Shown one piece after another: positions 37,463-48,109 of a stretch of DNA of 64,000 nt. The stretch spans positions 32,001 through 96,000 of the forward strand of contig JAVJQW010000006.1 of the NCBI GenBank assembly GCA_040218735.1, written 5' to 3'. The stretch's first letter is position 1. Each line of letters starts with the position of its first letter. Under the pieces are notes generated by a model. That model worked only from the letters and a program-made list of their open reading frames with translations. It was not told where the DNA came from and did no database searches. A program made the position numbers and the translations under genes. Source of the stretch: Deltaproteobacteria bacterium. Lineage in GTDB: Bacteria; Myxococcota; Kuafuiibacteriia; Kuafuiibacteriales; Kuafuiibacteriaceae.

Positions 37463-38660
37463 ACTCCGCGAGGCGCACGGCGTCGAAGCCGAAGCGCTCG
37501 CGGATCTTGTCGACGGTGCTGTGCAGGCGCTCGCCGTCCTGGAACAGGTTGATCTGCTCGTCGAAGAACCCGAGGTTCGACAGCTGCAACCCGAGCAAGC
37601 GAATCGGCCGGTGCGGGTCGCGCGCCTCTTCGTAGATCTGCCGCACGACCGGGTACAGCTCGAGCTCCGAGTGGGTCGGTGAGAACGTGCGCGAGCGCGA
37701 GATGGTGTGGAAGTTCGCGTAGCGGAGCTTCAGCGTCACGGTGCGCCCCTTGATGCCGCGTTTGCGCGCGCGCCAGCACACCCGCTCCGTGAGCGAGCAC
37801 AGCATCGCGTCGATGATCTCGGGGCGGCGGACGTCCTCGTGGAACGTGCGCTCGTTGGAGATGCTCCCGATGATCTCCCCCTCGGGATCGTGCTCCGAGA
37901 AGGCCGGACGGTCGCGGCCGAGATCGCCGGAGCCTTCGCCGACGGAGCTCTTCTTCACGTGCTCGGCCCACGCGCCGAACACCTTGCGCAGACGTTCCAG
38001 CGGCGTTGCGGCGACCTCGCCGAGCGTCCGGATGCCGACCTTCGCGAGCGCCTCCTCGGCGACGGGGCCGATGCCGGGGAGCTTGCGGACGGGGAGCGGC
38101 GCGAGCGTGTCGCGCTCGGCGCCGCGGGGGACGAGCAACACGCCGGCGGGTTTGGCGAGGCCACACGCGACCTTCGACATCGAGCGGCTCGTCGCGATGC
38201 CGGCGCTGGAGGGGAGGCCGATGTCCCGCTTGATCGTCGCGGTGATCTCGCGGACGACGCGGCGGATCGTCTCGTCGTCCGAGGCGTCCTCGGGCTTGCG
38301 GTAGAGCGCCTCGCACCCCGCGAAGTCCATGTACATCTCGTCGATGCTCGCGACCTGCACGATCGGGCACCAGTGCTCCGCGACCTCGCGCACTCGCGCG
38401 GCGTAGGGGACGTAGGTGTCGTGGCGCGTGGAGAGGTAGATCGCGTTGGGCGCAAGCTGGCTTGCGCGGGTGAGGCTCATGCCGGAGCGCACGCCGAGCC
38501 GCCGCACCTCGTAGCTGCACGCCGTCACGACGCCCCGAGAGCCGGGGCGCCCGCCCACGATCACCGGCTTGCCCTCCAGCGAGGGATCGAGCAGGCGCTC
38601 CACGCTCACGAAGAACGTGTCGAGGTCGAGGCAGACGATCCGCGGCTTGTCCCGAGCCAT
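37428..38660 (-). CDS. dinB: DNA polymerase IV (Y family)
   Basis: LDLDTFFVSVE, CSYEVR, SIDEMY, LPGIG, TLKLRY. Confidence 0.93.
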   Translation of the reverse strand: MARDKPRIVCLDLDTFFVSVERLLDPSLEGKPVIVGGRPGSRGVVTACSYEVRRLGVRSGMSLTRASQLAPNAIYLSTRHDTYVPYAARVREVAEHWCPIVQVASIDEMYMDFAGCEALYRKPEDASDDETIRRVVREITATIKRDIGLPSSAGIATSRSMSKVACGLAKPAGVLLVPRGAERDTLAPLPVRKLPGIGPVAEEALAKVGIRTLGEVAATPLERLRKVFGAWAEHVKKSSVGEGSGDLGRDRPAFSEHDPEGEIIGSISNERTFHEDVRRPEIIDAMLCSLTERVCWRARKRGIKGRTVTLKLRYANFHTISRSRTFSPTHSELELYPVVRQIYEEARDPHRPIRLLGLQLSNLGFFDEQINLFQDGERLHSTVDKIRERFGFDAVRLAESTRTKRRTRSD

Positions 38661-38664
38661 GGGG

Positions 38665-38680
38665 CTGAACGTTTGTATAT
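38665..38680. promoter_or_regulatory. SOS(LexA)-like box upstream of dinB
   Basis: CTGAAC-GTTT-GTATAT, 4 nt upstream of the dinB ATG. Confidence 0.55.
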
Positions 38681-38728
38681 CATGGGCAGGGCAGGGAAGG
38701 TCCTGAATCGACCGGCGTAGGAAGCACC

Positions 38729-39394
38729 GTGCGCCATGTCATGCTCCTGACCGTCCTGTCCGCAGCGGCCTGTGCCCCGCTGGTCTCCAACCGCGACTTC
38801 TCGTCGCGTGACGTCCACCCGGCGTCCAGCGTCGCCCGCCGGCAGGCGGACGAGGCGCCTTCGAGGACGCCCGCGGCGAAGCCGGTCGTCGTGGCGAAGC
38901 GGAAGCCGGCCCCGGTCGCGAAGCCGGCCCCGGTCGCGAAGCCTGCGCCCGCTCCGGTCGCGGCGCCCGCGCCCGCGCCGAAGCCGGTGCTCGTCGCCGC
39001 GCCCGCGCCGGCGCCCGAGCCCGAGGTCGAGGTCACGGAGGACGTGGAGGAGGAGGTCGCGCCGCGATCCTTCTACGCGTTCACGCAGAGCGAGATCAAA
39101 ACGCTGCGTCGTCGCTCGAAGAAGTTCGATCGTGTCTTCAAGAAACACCGGCGCTGCACGAAGCGGTCGGTGCGGCTGATCGAGAAGCGCGGTCGCCTCC
39201 GCGATCAGATCATCGACCTGCAGAACCGCGACATCCTCACGCCGCGTCAGAAGCAGAAGCTCGAGCGTCTGCGGGACCGCGAGTGGAAGATGAAGAACGA
39301 CCACTCCACGATGGCCGCGTGTGAGCCGCTCGAGCGGCAGCTCACCGACATGCTCCGCGAGACCTACGAGTCGACCGCGCAGCTCGACTACTGA
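38729..39394 (+). CDS. Lipoprotein with Pro/Ala-rich linker and coiled C-terminus
   Basis: Lipobox AAAC; repeated KPAPVA. Confidence 0.7.
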   Translation: MRHVMLLTVLSAAACAPLVSNRDFSSRDVHPASSVARRQADEAPSRTPAAKPVVVAKRKPAPVAKPAPVAKPAPAPVAAPAPAPKPVLVAAPAPAPEPEVEVTEDVEEEVAPRSFYAFTQSEIKTLRRRSKKFDRVFKKHRRCTKRSVRLIEKRGRLRDQIIDLQNRDILTPRQKQKLERLRDREWKMKNDHSTMAACEPLERQLTDMLRETYESTAQLDY

Positions 39395-39810
39395 TCGGGG
39401 TACTGCTCGGCGAGGTGCGCGAGCGACGCTTCGATCAACGCACGCAGCACCCCCTCGTCAATGTCGCTCAGCCGCTTGATGTACAGGCACGCCTTGCCCG
39501 TCTTGTGCGGCCCGAGCTGCTTCAGCAGCTTCGCGCGCGCCGAGAAGCCGTCCATGATGTACAGCACCAGGTTCGCCTTGCGTGGCGCGAAGCCGACCCG
39601 GAAGAACTCACCGGAGCGACCGCTGGCGTACGTGTAGTGGTACGTCCCGAAGCCGACGATCGCGGCGCCCCACATCTTCGGCTTGTCGCCTGTGATGGAC
39701 TTCATCAACGAAGAGACGGCTTTGGCGTCGCGTCGGCGATCGGGATCTTCGATCTGATTCAGGAACGCAGCGGCGCTCGCGGACGTCTTCTTGGTCTTGT
39801 TCTCGGCCAC
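39388..39810 (-). CDS. DUF1801 (YdhG-like) protein
   Basis: PKMWGAAIVGFGTYHY.Y.SG, LGPHKTGKACLYIKRL. Confidence 0.9.
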   Translation of the reverse strand: MAENKTKKTSASAAAFLNQIEDPDRRRDAKAVSSLMKSITGDKPKMWGAAIVGFGTYHYTYASGRSGEFFRVGFAPRKANLVLYIMDGFSARAKLLKQLGPHKTGKACLYIKRLSDIDEGVLRALIEASLAHLAEQYPDQ

Positions 39811-39821
39811 GTCGCTCGGGC

Positions 39822-40247
39822 TCAGTCGTCGAGCAGGCGGTCCGCGAGCTCGGCGGCCACCGCCTTCGAGAGCGGCTTCGTGACGTACTCGCGGACGAGG
39901 GGGCTCTGCGCCGCGCGCGTTCGATCGTTTTCGTGATCACTCGAGCTGACGATGACCACGACCGGCTTGCGCGCGAGCTCGAGCTTCTGGAGCGCTTCGA
40001 GGAACTCGAAGCCGTTCATCCGCGGCATGTTGATGTCGAGCAGGATGAGGCTCGGCGGGAACCGTTCGTCGTTCGCGGCGGTCTCCTCGAAGTGCTCGAA
40101 GAGCGCGAGCGCGTCTTCGGGTTCCGTGATACCCCAGACGTGTTCGAAGCGCCCGCTGCGCTGCAGGAAGTGCGACGCGAGATAAACGTCCGCGTCGCTG
40201 TCGTCGACGATCATCGCCGAGAACACTTTTCCGGGTGCAGCTACCAT
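39822..40247 (-). CDS. Single-domain response regulator
   Basis: [27 protein letters not shown]. Confidence 0.92.
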   Translation of the reverse strand: MVAAPGKVFSAMIVDDSDADVYLASHFLQRSGRFEHVWGITEPEDALALFEHFEETAANDERFPPSLILLDINMPRMNGFEFLEALQKLELARKPVVVIVSSSDHENDRTRAAQSPLVREYVTKPLSKAVAAELADRLLDD

Positions 40248-40343
40248 CGCTACGCTATCCGACTCCTATTTTTCGCCGAAACCTCCGCCACGTCTACTGT
40301 CGAAATGTCGACATCCTCGCGGTAGGTTCCGCCCCGGGCGCTC

Positions 40344-40643
40344 ATGTTCGACAAACACCTCACTGGCCTCGTCGTCCTCGGAATCGGTCTCGTGCAGTTC
40401 GCGGCGGGGCTCTTGGCCCCGCGTCGCATCGACGAGATGCTCATCAGCAGCGGTATCCTGGCGCTCGCCTCCGTCATCTTGTTCACCTGGCGCTCGCCCC
40501 GCGCACGTCAGGTCGTAATCGGTTTGTTGGGCGTCAGCATCGCGGTTTTCTTCGTTTTGATGCTCCGCGCGCCTCAGGAAGTGCCACGTACCCTCGTCCT
40601 CGGCCTCGCCGCCTCCGCCGTCGTCGTATTCATGCGCCGCTGA
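40344..40643 (+). CDS. Small 4-TM membrane protein
   Basis: 99 aa with four hydrophobic helices. Confidence 0.65.
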   Translation: MFDKHLTGLVVLGIGLVQFAAGLLAPRRIDEMLISSGILALASVILFTWRSPRARQVVIGLLGVSIAVFFVLMLRAPQEVPRTLVLGLAASAVVVFMRR

Positions 40644-40744
40644 CGTGTCGGCGTGGCACAGGACCACGACACGCGCTCAAATCCGCCGCCGAGCCACCGT
40701 TTTCAGCGAGTGGAGGTCCCCGTCGCGGGGACCCCACGCGTCGG

Positions 40745-42958
40745 ATGGTTGAAGCGAAACTCCAGGTCGAATCGGAGCCGGTGGCGCAGCTTCTGCGCAG
40801 ACTTCGGGTTCCCCGACGCCGCTTCGACGGACACGTCGCGTTGATCACGGGCGCCGAAGACGGCGTCGGCGCCGCGCTCGCCGCTGCGCTCGCGGGGTGT
40901 GGGGCTCGGGTCGTCACCCTCGGACCGACGCTCCCGTCGATCGTCGAGACGATCCGCGGTGACGGGGGCGCGGCCACGCACGAGGCGGTGTCGTTCGACG
41001 ATACGGACGGCCTCCGCGCAGCCTGCGATCGCCTTCAGGCCGAGCACGGGAGCATCGACCTGGTGGTGCACGCCGCGTTGGCGCTCGAAGTCGCGTCGAC
41101 CGAGCAGATGTCGCTCGACGCGTGGGACGCCGCGATGAACACCCACGCGCGGGCGATGCTCACGCTCGTCCGTGCGCTGCTCCCCACGATGCGTATCGCG
41201 GGCCGCGGGACGATCGTCGGTCTGCTTGCAGTCGAAGGGTTGCCGCACCTCGGAGCGTTGTCGGCCTCGAAGGTCGCGCTGAGGAGCACGATCGCCTCGC
41301 TCGCCGCGGAGCTCGGCACGGTGACCGGGCTCAACGTGTTCGGCTTCGCGCCCGGGGTGGTCGCGTCGTCGCGCGTCGCATCGATGCTCCCCGACTACGC
41401 GCGACGTTGCGGATGGGAGCTCGACGACTACCTCCGTCAGGTCGTCGCCAACCCGGGTTACGAAGGGCTGGTCCCCGTCGAACACGCCACGGCAGCGCTC
41501 ACGCACGCGCTCGCCAACGCACACGATCACCACGGTCTGTTCGCGGAGCCGTTCGGTATCCTCGCGGACGCGCGCATCATCGACCGCGACGAGGTCGGCG
41601 AAGGTCGCTACGAGCGACGCCTCACGGACCACATCGAAGACATCAGCGGTCTGTCGAAACGGATCCGCGACCAGGTGCGAGAGCGGACGCGGATGCTCGC
41701 GGAGGAGCAGAAGCGGAGCCGCGAGCTCCTCGCGCAGCTGCAGGAGCAGTCCTGGGAGCTTCAGCACCGCAACGATCGTCTGATCGAAGCCGAGCGCGCG
41801 GCGAGGACCGCCGCCACCGCGAAGAGTGAGTTCCTCGCGAACATGAGCCACGAGATTCGCACCCCGATGAACGGCGTGCTCGGGATGGCGGAGCTGCTGG
41901 ACGGGACGAACCTCACCGAGCAGCAGCGCGAGTACGTGGAGATCATGCAGACGTCGGGCAAGGCGCTGCTCACGATCATCAACGACATCCTCGACCTCTC
42001 GAAGATCGAAGCCGGGAAGCTCGCCATCGAGTCGGAGTTCTTCGATCTCGGGAAGCTCGTGAAGAGCGTGATGCAGCCGTTCGTGCTCGAGGGGGCCGAC
42101 CGGGGCGTGCGCGTGACGGCGGATGTCGACTCCGAGATCGTCTACTTCCTCGGCGACGCCGGGCGGATCCGACAGGTGATCCTCAACCTGGTCGGCAACG
42201 CGTTGAAGTTCACGTCCGATGGCTCGGTGGATCTTTACGTGGCGGCGGAGCACGGCGAGGACAGCTCCGTCGTTCGCTTCGCCGTGCGCGACACGGGGAT
42301 CGGCATCCCGAAGGAGCGCCTCAGCGCGATCTTCGAGCAGTTCACTCAGGCGGACGGGACGACCACCCGACGCTACGGTGGGACCGGTCTCGGCCTCGCG
42401 ATCTGCGCGCGGCTCGTCGCGCTGATGGGCGGTCAGATCCACGTGGAGAGCACCCTCGGCCACGGGTCGACGTTCTCCTTCGAGCTCACGCTGGAGCACG
42501 CTGCGCGTCCCACGATGGACCTCGTCCGCCATCGCGCGACGGAGGGCGGCGCGGTGGGGCGCAGGGTCCTCGTCGCGGAGGACAACAAGGTCAACCAGGT
42601 CGTCGCGCGCCGCATGCTCGAGCGGATGGGGTGTCAGGTCTTCATCGCGGCGGACGGCCAGGAGGCGATCGACCGCCTCGCGAGCGAGACATTCGACCTC
42701 GTCCTGATGGACTGCCACATGCCCAACGTGTCCGGCCTCGAGGCGACGAAACGTCTCCGCGAGCGCGGCGTCGCGCTGCCGATCGTCGCGATGACGGCGA
42801 GCGCGATGTCCGGCGAGCGGGAGCGCTGTCTGGCGTCGGGGATGGACGACTACCTCACGAAGCCGGTCGTCCTCGCGGACCTGAAGCGGGTCGTGGAGCG
42901 CTACACGCAGACCAGTGGAAGCGCAGGCGCCGATGCGGTATCGATCCGTACACGATGA
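40745..42958 (+). CDS. Hybrid histidine kinase with N-terminal SDR-like domain (SDR-coiled coil-HisKA-HATPase-REC)
   Basis: [11 protein letters not shown]; [14 protein letters not shown]; [10 protein letters not shown]; DTGIGI; GGTGLGL; LMDCHMP; TKP. Confidence 0.88.
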   Translation: MVEAKLQVESEPVAQLLRRLRVPRRRFDGHVALITGAEDGVGAALAAALAGCGARVVTLGPTLPSIVETIRGDGGAATHEAVSFDDTDGLRAACDRLQAEHGSIDLVVHAALALEVASTEQMSLDAWDAAMNTHARAMLTLVRALLPTMRIAGRGTIVGLLAVEGLPHLGALSASKVALRSTIASLAAELGTVTGLNVFGFAPGVVASSRVASMLPDYARRCGWELDDYLRQVVANPGYEGLVPVEHATAALTHALANAHDHHGLFAEPFGILADARIIDRDEVGEGRYERRLTDHIEDISGLSKRIRDQVRERTRMLAEEQKRSRELLAQLQEQSWELQHRNDRLIEAERAARTAATAKSEFLANMSHEIRTPMNGVLGMAELLDGTNLTEQQREYVEIMQTSGKALLTIINDILDLSKIEAGKLAIESEFFDLGKLVKSVMQPFVLEGADRGVRVTADVDSEIVYFLGDAGRIRQVILNLVGNALKFTSDGSVDLYVAAEHGEDSSVVRFAVRDTGIGIPKERLSAIFEQFTQADGTTTRRYGGTGLGLAICARLVALMGGQIHVESTLGHGSTFSFELTLEHAARPTMDLVRHRATEGGAVGRRVLVAEDNKVNQVVARRMLERMGCQVFIAADGQEAIDRLASETFDLVLMDCHMPNVSGLEATKRLRERGVALPIVAMTASAMSGERERCLASGMDDYLTKPVVLADLKRVVERYTQTSGSAGADAVSIRTR

Positions 42959-43500
42959 GCGAGAATCCCTTTGCAGCACCCGCCGTCGATCCGTTCGGAC
43001 CGGCCACGACGGGTGAGACCTCCGTCGCGGGCATCTGGCGCGACGGCGACGTGATCGTGATGGAGAAGGGCGCGATGCTCCCGGACTTCTGCGTGAAGTC
43101 GGGCGAGCCGGCGTCGGAGCGCTTGGAGAAGAAGCTCCAGTGGCACCACCCCGCGGTCTATGCGGCGCTGCTGTTCAACGTGATCATCTACCTGATCATC
43201 GCGTTGATCATGCGCAAGACGGCGAATGTCTCCATTCCGATCGGACCGGACGCGAAGGCGCACCGCAGCAAGTGGATCAAAATCGGCTGGGGCGCCGGGC
43301 TCGGCGGTCTCGTGGTCATGTTCATCGGGATCCCCTTGGAGCAGCCCGTCGTGATCCTGTTGGGGCTGGGGGTTGCCTTCTTCGGGTTGATCGGTGGTTT
43401 GATCGGAGTGCGACTGCTGTGGCCGACGAAGATCGACGACCAGTACGTGTACCTGAAGGGCGCGAAGGAGCCCTTCTTGCGACACCTGCCCAACCGCTGA
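42955..43500 (+). CDS. Membrane protein, hypothetical
   Basis: NPFAAP start, LPDFCVK, three TM helices. Confidence 0.75.
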   Translation: MSENPFAAPAVDPFGPATTGETSVAGIWRDGDVIVMEKGAMLPDFCVKSGEPASERLEKKLQWHHPAVYAALLFNVIIYLIIALIMRKTANVSIPIGPDAKAHRSKWIKIGWGAGLGGLVVMFIGIPLEQPVVILLGLGVAFFGLIGGLIGVRLLWPTKIDDQYVYLKGAKEPFLRHLPNR

Positions 43501-45731
43501 CCTGCGCAGCGGCGCTGCTGTTCCTCTCAGCCTGTCACGCCGAAGCGTTCATCCCGGCCGTCCCGCATGACCTCACCGAGGGCACCGAGATCCTCGTCGT
43601 GGGACCTCGGGGCGAGGCGCCGGAGGACATCTACGTCCTCGACCTCGGTCGCCCGCAGACGTTGATGTTCGACCTCCCCCGAGCGGACCGGAGGCTCGAA
43701 GCGTTCATCTTCAGGCGCACCATCGAGCAGCTGGGGTTGGAGCCGGGACGCAACACACTGGAAGCGGGCGAGCCGCCGAACCCCAACGACTACACGGCCT
43801 ACGCCGCCGAGGTGTCAGGCTCGGACGACGTCGTATGGTCCGAGGAGACCATGCCGCAGTGGGTGGATCGTCTGACGCTGCCGGCCTTCGACGGTCGACG
43901 CTGCCTCACCAACGGTGGCTGTCTGATCGATGACCGCTGCAAGATACCTTGCGAGGTCGAGGTGATGCCGACCGCCCCGACGCTCCCGACCCCGCCGGAG
44001 CTGGTGTGCCCCTCGGGTTGGTCCGAGGTGCTCGCGAGCGTCGTCGACGATTGGCCGGAGGGTGCGCTCCCCGTTCACGTCTGTCGGCCGTGGACGGAGC
44101 GCCCGGAGTGCGCGCGCGGAACGCTCCCGAGCCCCGGGGGGACGTGCACGCCGATGGCGGACGTGTGCCCGACCGCGGAGTTCCCGCCTGACGCGGCGGG
44201 CGTCGACAACCACTATGTCCGCGCGAACGCGACCCCGGGGGGCGATGGTTCCCGCGGTGCGCCGCACGCGACCCTCGCGGAGGCGCTCGCCGCCGCGACG
44301 CCGCCGGCGCGGGTCGTCCTCGGCGCGGGCGCGCACGACGTCATGGGTGATTCGATCCCGGACGGCGTCGAAGTGCGGGGCGTGTGTCCGGAGCAAGTGG
44401 AGCTCCGCGGCCGCTTGGTCGTGCCTGCGAACGCCGGCGTCGAGATCCGTGCGCTGGCCTTTGACGTCGGCGGGCTCGACGTGTTGGGGACCGCAACGGT
44501 ATCGGGCGTGCTCTTCGACGCTGCGGCGGCCGTTGCGCTGGACGTCGAGGCGGGCGGTGACGCGACGCTGCTCGACGTAGGCTTCTCGGGCATCCCGACG
44601 ATCGCGATGCGCGTGGCGGCGGGGGCCGAGCTGCGCGGGACGCACGTCGTCGTGGGCGCCACCGAGAGAGCGCTCGCGATCGACGGTGCGACGGCCGACT
44701 TCACTCAGCTGTTGGTCGAGGTCGCGGACGAGCAGCTCGCCCTGTTGTCCACGGGTTCCGACGTGACGCTCCGCGAGAGCTCGTTCGACGGCGGGAGCGT
44801 ACGCTTCGAGGACTCCTCGGCGACGTTGACCGACGTCCTCGTCGTGAACACTGCCCGGCGGGACGCGGTGATCGGGGTGCGCAGCGCCCTGAACGTGCGA
44901 CGCCTCCACGTCGTCGATGCGCAGCGGATCGCCCTCGCCGCGCGTGTAGAGGGGAGCCTCGTCGCGCGGGACGTCGTGATCGTGCGCGCCGCGCGCGTTC
45001 AGGGGACCCGCGCCCTCGTCACCTCCACGGTGTCGGCGACGCTCGACCGCATTGCCATCCTCGACTCGAGCTCCGATGGAATCGCGGTCGCGCGCGAGCC
45101 GCTCGTCACCCTCCGCGACATCATCGTCCACGACGCCGTGGGGCTCGGCCTGCGCACCGACTCCGTCAAAACCTTCTCGCTGCAGCGTGCGTTCCTCACG
45201 CGGCTCGGTGGCCCCGGTATCCAGCTGTTCGACGGTGAAGACACCCAGCTCGACGACATCACGGTGCGCGACGCGGGCTCGAGTGATTGTTGGGACGCAG
45301 CGGGGATCCGCGTGCGGAAGCAGACGTCGGCGGAGTCCAACCGCGCCGATCTGCGCGAGCTCCACGGGCGCGCCATCCTCGTGAACGACGCCACGCTGGA
45401 TCTCACGGATGCGTGGGTCGAGGACGTGACGGCCAGCGGGCCGTGCAGCGACGGGGTCGGCTTGCCGTCGGACGAGGGCACCGGGGTTCACTTCATCGCG
45501 GGCGCCGGCAGCCTGAACCGCTTCGTCATCACCGGCGCGGCGGCGTACGGGGTGCGGATCATCGGGGAGGAGGTCTTCTTCTCGAGCGTGCGTGCGAGCG
45601 AGGGCATCGTGCGGGGGAGCAACGTGGGGCTCGAGGTCGGCGTGGTCGCTCCGACCTACGAGGCGTACATCGACCGCGTCGACTTCACGGACAACGGCGT
45701 CATCCTGCTCGAGTCGGGGGCCGCGCTATGA
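43497..45731 (+). CDS. Lipoprotein with right-handed beta-helix (pectin-lyase-like) region; start uncertain
   Basis: Lipobox FLSAC; YVRANATPGGDGSRGAPHATLAEAL followed by parallel beta-helix-like repeats. No canonical start codon found near the signal peptide. Confidence 0.6.
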   Translation: MTCAAALLFLSACHAEAFIPAVPHDLTEGTEILVVGPRGEAPEDIYVLDLGRPQTLMFDLPRADRRLEAFIFRRTIEQLGLEPGRNTLEAGEPPNPNDYTAYAAEVSGSDDVVWSEETMPQWVDRLTLPAFDGRRCLTNGGCLIDDRCKIPCEVEVMPTAPTLPTPPELVCPSGWSEVLASVVDDWPEGALPVHVCRPWTERPECARGTLPSPGGTCTPMADVCPTAEFPPDAAGVDNHYVRANATPGGDGSRGAPHATLAEALAAATPPARVVLGAGAHDVMGDSIPDGVEVRGVCPEQVELRGRLVVPANAGVEIRALAFDVGGLDVLGTATVSGVLFDAAAAVALDVEAGGDATLLDVGFSGIPTIAMRVAAGAELRGTHVVVGATERALAIDGATADFTQLLVEVADEQLALLSTGSDVTLRESSFDGGSVRFEDSSATLTDVLVVNTARRDAVIGVRSALNVRRLHVVDAQRIALAARVEGSLVARDVVIVRAARVQGTRALVTSTVSATLDRIAILDSSSDGIAVAREPLVTLRDIIVHDAVGLGLRTDSVKTFSLQRAFLTRLGGPGIQLFDGEDTQLDDITVRDAGSSDCWDAAGIRVRKQTSAESNRADLRELHGRAILVNDATLDLTDAWVEDVTASGPCSDGVGLPSDEGTGVHFIAGAGSLNRFVITGAAAYGVRIIGEEVFFSSVRASEGIVRGSNVGLEVGVVAPTYEAYIDRVDFTDNGVILLESGAAL

Positions 45732-47234
45732 CTTACGGCGCTCCAGGCGCGCGACCCTGCGGCTGACCTCACGCAGGTCCACGTCCTGCCCCCGCTGCGC
45801 CTCGGCGCCGAGGCGATTGAGCTCGAACAACAGATCCAGCGCGGCCTGTCGGGCGTCGTCTTCGGTGGACCCGTCCACGAGCGCGCGGGTCCGCCGGACG
45901 AGCGCTTCCAGGGTGGGGGTGTCCGCGGCCGTTGGTGCGGTCGGGGGAGGCGGTGCTTCGACGTTGGTGGTGCGGACGCGACGGCGGGGTCGGCGTGGGC
46001 GTCGCGGCGCGGGCGCGGCATCGGTCTCGGGTTCAGCGTCTTCGGGTTCGGCTTCTTCGGGTTCGGCTTCGGCGCGCGGCAGGGCGGTCGGGGTCGCTTC
46101 CACGCGTGGAGCCGGGGAGGGCGCGGTGATCTCGGGAGCGGGGTCGGGTTGCTCACCGCGCTCCGCGGTGAACACCGCGGTGGCGGCGACCACCAGCCCG
46201 AACACCATCGCCGCCGAGATCGAGCGCACCGAGAGCAGGGGCGTACGAGACTCGCGGACCAGGATCTCGGAGGGGGGCCTCAGCTGCCGCGCGGCCTCGA
46301 CCTGCTCTAGGACGCGGGTGTGCGCGAGCGTGGCTTCGGCCCAATCCAGTCCGCGCAGCAGGCGTTGGGCGCCTTCGCCCGGCGTGAAGGGGACCGCTTC
46401 GCGGAGCGCACGCCGAAAGGCGTCAGCGCTCGGGTAACGCGCTTCGGGATCGATCGCGAGCGCGCGTTGTAGACACACGTCGACGGCCTCGGGGATCTCG
46501 GGTCGCAGCGCGGACGGTTTGCGCCACACGGGCTCGGTGGTCGCGGCGAGGATCTCGGCGATCTTCTTGCCGGGGATGTAGCGCTGATTCGTGAGCAGCT
46601 CGAAACAGACGGTGCCGATCGCGAACACGTCGCTCCGGATGTCGACGCGTTCACCGAGCGCTTGCTCCGGCGACATGTAACCCGGAGACCCGAGGATCAG
46701 GCCGGTCGCGGTGCGCCAGGTCTGTCGTGTGGAGCGTCCGATCCCGAAGTCGATCACCTGCGTGACGCCGCGGCGATCGAACATCAGGTTCTTCGGGGCG
46801 ATGTCGCGGTGGACGATCGCGAGCGGCGTGCCTTCGTCGTCGCGCGCGGTGTGGAGGGCGTGTACGCCGGCGAGCGCGTCGCAGGTGATGTCGATGGCGG
46901 CGGCGACGTCGAAGGGGTCGCCCATCGTGCGGTGGAGGGCGACGAGCTGACGGACGGAGAGCCCGTCGATGTAGTCCATCACGAGGTACGGTTGGCCGTC
47001 GTGTTCGGCGGCGGATTCGATCCGGACCACGTTGGGGTGATCGATCGCCTGCGCGATCGCGGCTTCGTGGAGGAAGCGAAGCCGGAGGCGGGGGTGTTCG
47101 GTGACCGCGCTCCCGGCGCGTTTGACGACGACGGGGCGTCCGTCGCCGCGGGTGGCGAGCCAGACGTCGCCCTGGGAGCCGACGCCGAGCTGCTCGAGGA
47201 GGTACAGATCACCCCACGCGACCGGACCGCCCAT
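45726..47234 (-). CDS. Membrane-anchored Ser/Thr protein kinase (Hanks type)
   Basis: LGVGSQGDVW, VVVK, HRDIAPKN, IDFG, YMSPEQ, SDVFAIG; TM helix and Pro-rich tail. Confidence 0.92.
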   Translation of the reverse strand: MGGPVAWGDLYLLEQLGVGSQGDVWLATRGDGRPVVVKRAGSAVTEHPRLRLRFLHEAAIAQAIDHPNVVRIESAAEHDGQPYLVMDYIDGLSVRQLVALHRTMGDPFDVAAAIDITCDALAGVHALHTARDDEGTPLAIVHRDIAPKNLMFDRRGVTQVIDFGIGRSTRQTWRTATGLILGSPGYMSPEQALGERVDIRSDVFAIGTVCFELLTNQRYIPGKKIAEILAATTEPVWRKPSALRPEIPEAVDVCLQRALAIDPEARYPSADAFRRALREAVPFTPGEGAQRLLRGLDWAEATLAHTRVLEQVEAARQLRPPSEILVRESRTPLLSVRSISAAMVFGLVVAATAVFTAERGEQPDPAPEITAPSPAPRVEATPTALPRAEAEPEEAEPEDAEPETDAAPAPRRPRRPRRRVRTTNVEAPPPPTAPTAADTPTLEALVRRTRALVDGSTEDDARQAALDLLFELNRLGAEAQRGQDVDLREVSRRVARLERRKS

Positions 47235-47275
47235 CGCTCGCCATTGTACCGAAACCGTGCTGACATCGCCTTCGG

Positions 47276-48061
47276 ATGTCGGTCGTCGCCGTGTTCCTCG
47301 CGGCCCTCGCCACGGGCGCGCCTTCGACCCGCGTGACGACCGTGGTCCGGGTGGTGGGCCCCAAGGCGGCCGCCTCGGATCGCTCCGTGGCCGACGCCGC
47401 CCGCGCGGGGCTGCGGTGGCTCCTCGACGTCGAGGTGCTCTCCTACGACGAACGTGCGCGCCTCGACGACGAGGTCCGTCGGTGTGGCGAGGACAACGGC
47501 TGCGTGCTCGCGAGGCTGTCGACGAGCGGCGTGGATCTCGGCGTCTATGTGGTCGCGAACTTCGAGGTCTCGCCGCCGCTGATCACCCTCGAGCTCCTCG
47601 ACACCAAGCGGCGACGCTCCATCGCACGCAAGCTCGTGGACGCGAGCGGCCAGGACGTCGACGCCGCGATCACCACCGCCGTGGAGCGTGCGCTGATCGG
47701 GACGGGGTTGCGCGTCGGCGGTGAGGTCGTCGCGGACATCGTTCCGGTTGAAGCGAGCGTGACGCTGGACGACCGCCCGATCGAGATCGCGGTCCCGGTG
47801 TTGTCCGACGTCGGGCCGCACGTCCTCCGCGCGCGCCTCGATGGGTACGTTCCGTTGGAACAGGGGCTCGACGTCACTCCGCGCGGAGAGCGGCGCCTCG
47901 CGCTACGCCTCCAACCCGAGCCTGGGATCCTGTCGACGTGGTGGTTCTGGACCGCCGTGGGCGTGGTGGTGGCGGGCGGTGTGACGGCCGCGGTGATTGC
48001 GGCGCGACCGGACACCCTCGACACGTGCCACCCGGTCGGCGGGGGCGTGTGCCCGCCCTGA
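47276..48061 (+). CDS. PEGA-domain membrane protein
   Basis: ASVTLDD..GPHVLRARLDGY; WWFWTAVGVVVAGG TM helix. Confidence 0.75.
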   Translation: MSVVAVFLAALATGAPSTRVTTVVRVVGPKAAASDRSVADAARAGLRWLLDVEVLSYDERARLDDEVRRCGEDNGCVLARLSTSGVDLGVYVVANFEVSPPLITLELLDTKRRRSIARKLVDASGQDVDAAITTAVERALIGTGLRVGGEVVADIVPVEASVTLDDRPIEIAVPVLSDVGPHVLRARLDGYVPLEQGLDVTPRGERRLALRLQPEPGILSTWWFWTAVGVVVAGGVTAAVIAARPDTLDTCHPVGGGVCPP

Positions 48062-48109
48062 AAGGTGCTCGTAATCGATCCCGCGGGCCGCGTCGCGCAG
48101 ACTCGCAGC

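Noticed and set aside
40235-40744. N-terminal extension of the SDR-kinase ORF (907 aa)
   Set aside because: It overlaps a credible 4-TM gene in another frame and reads as low-information sequence; ATG 40745 is preferred.
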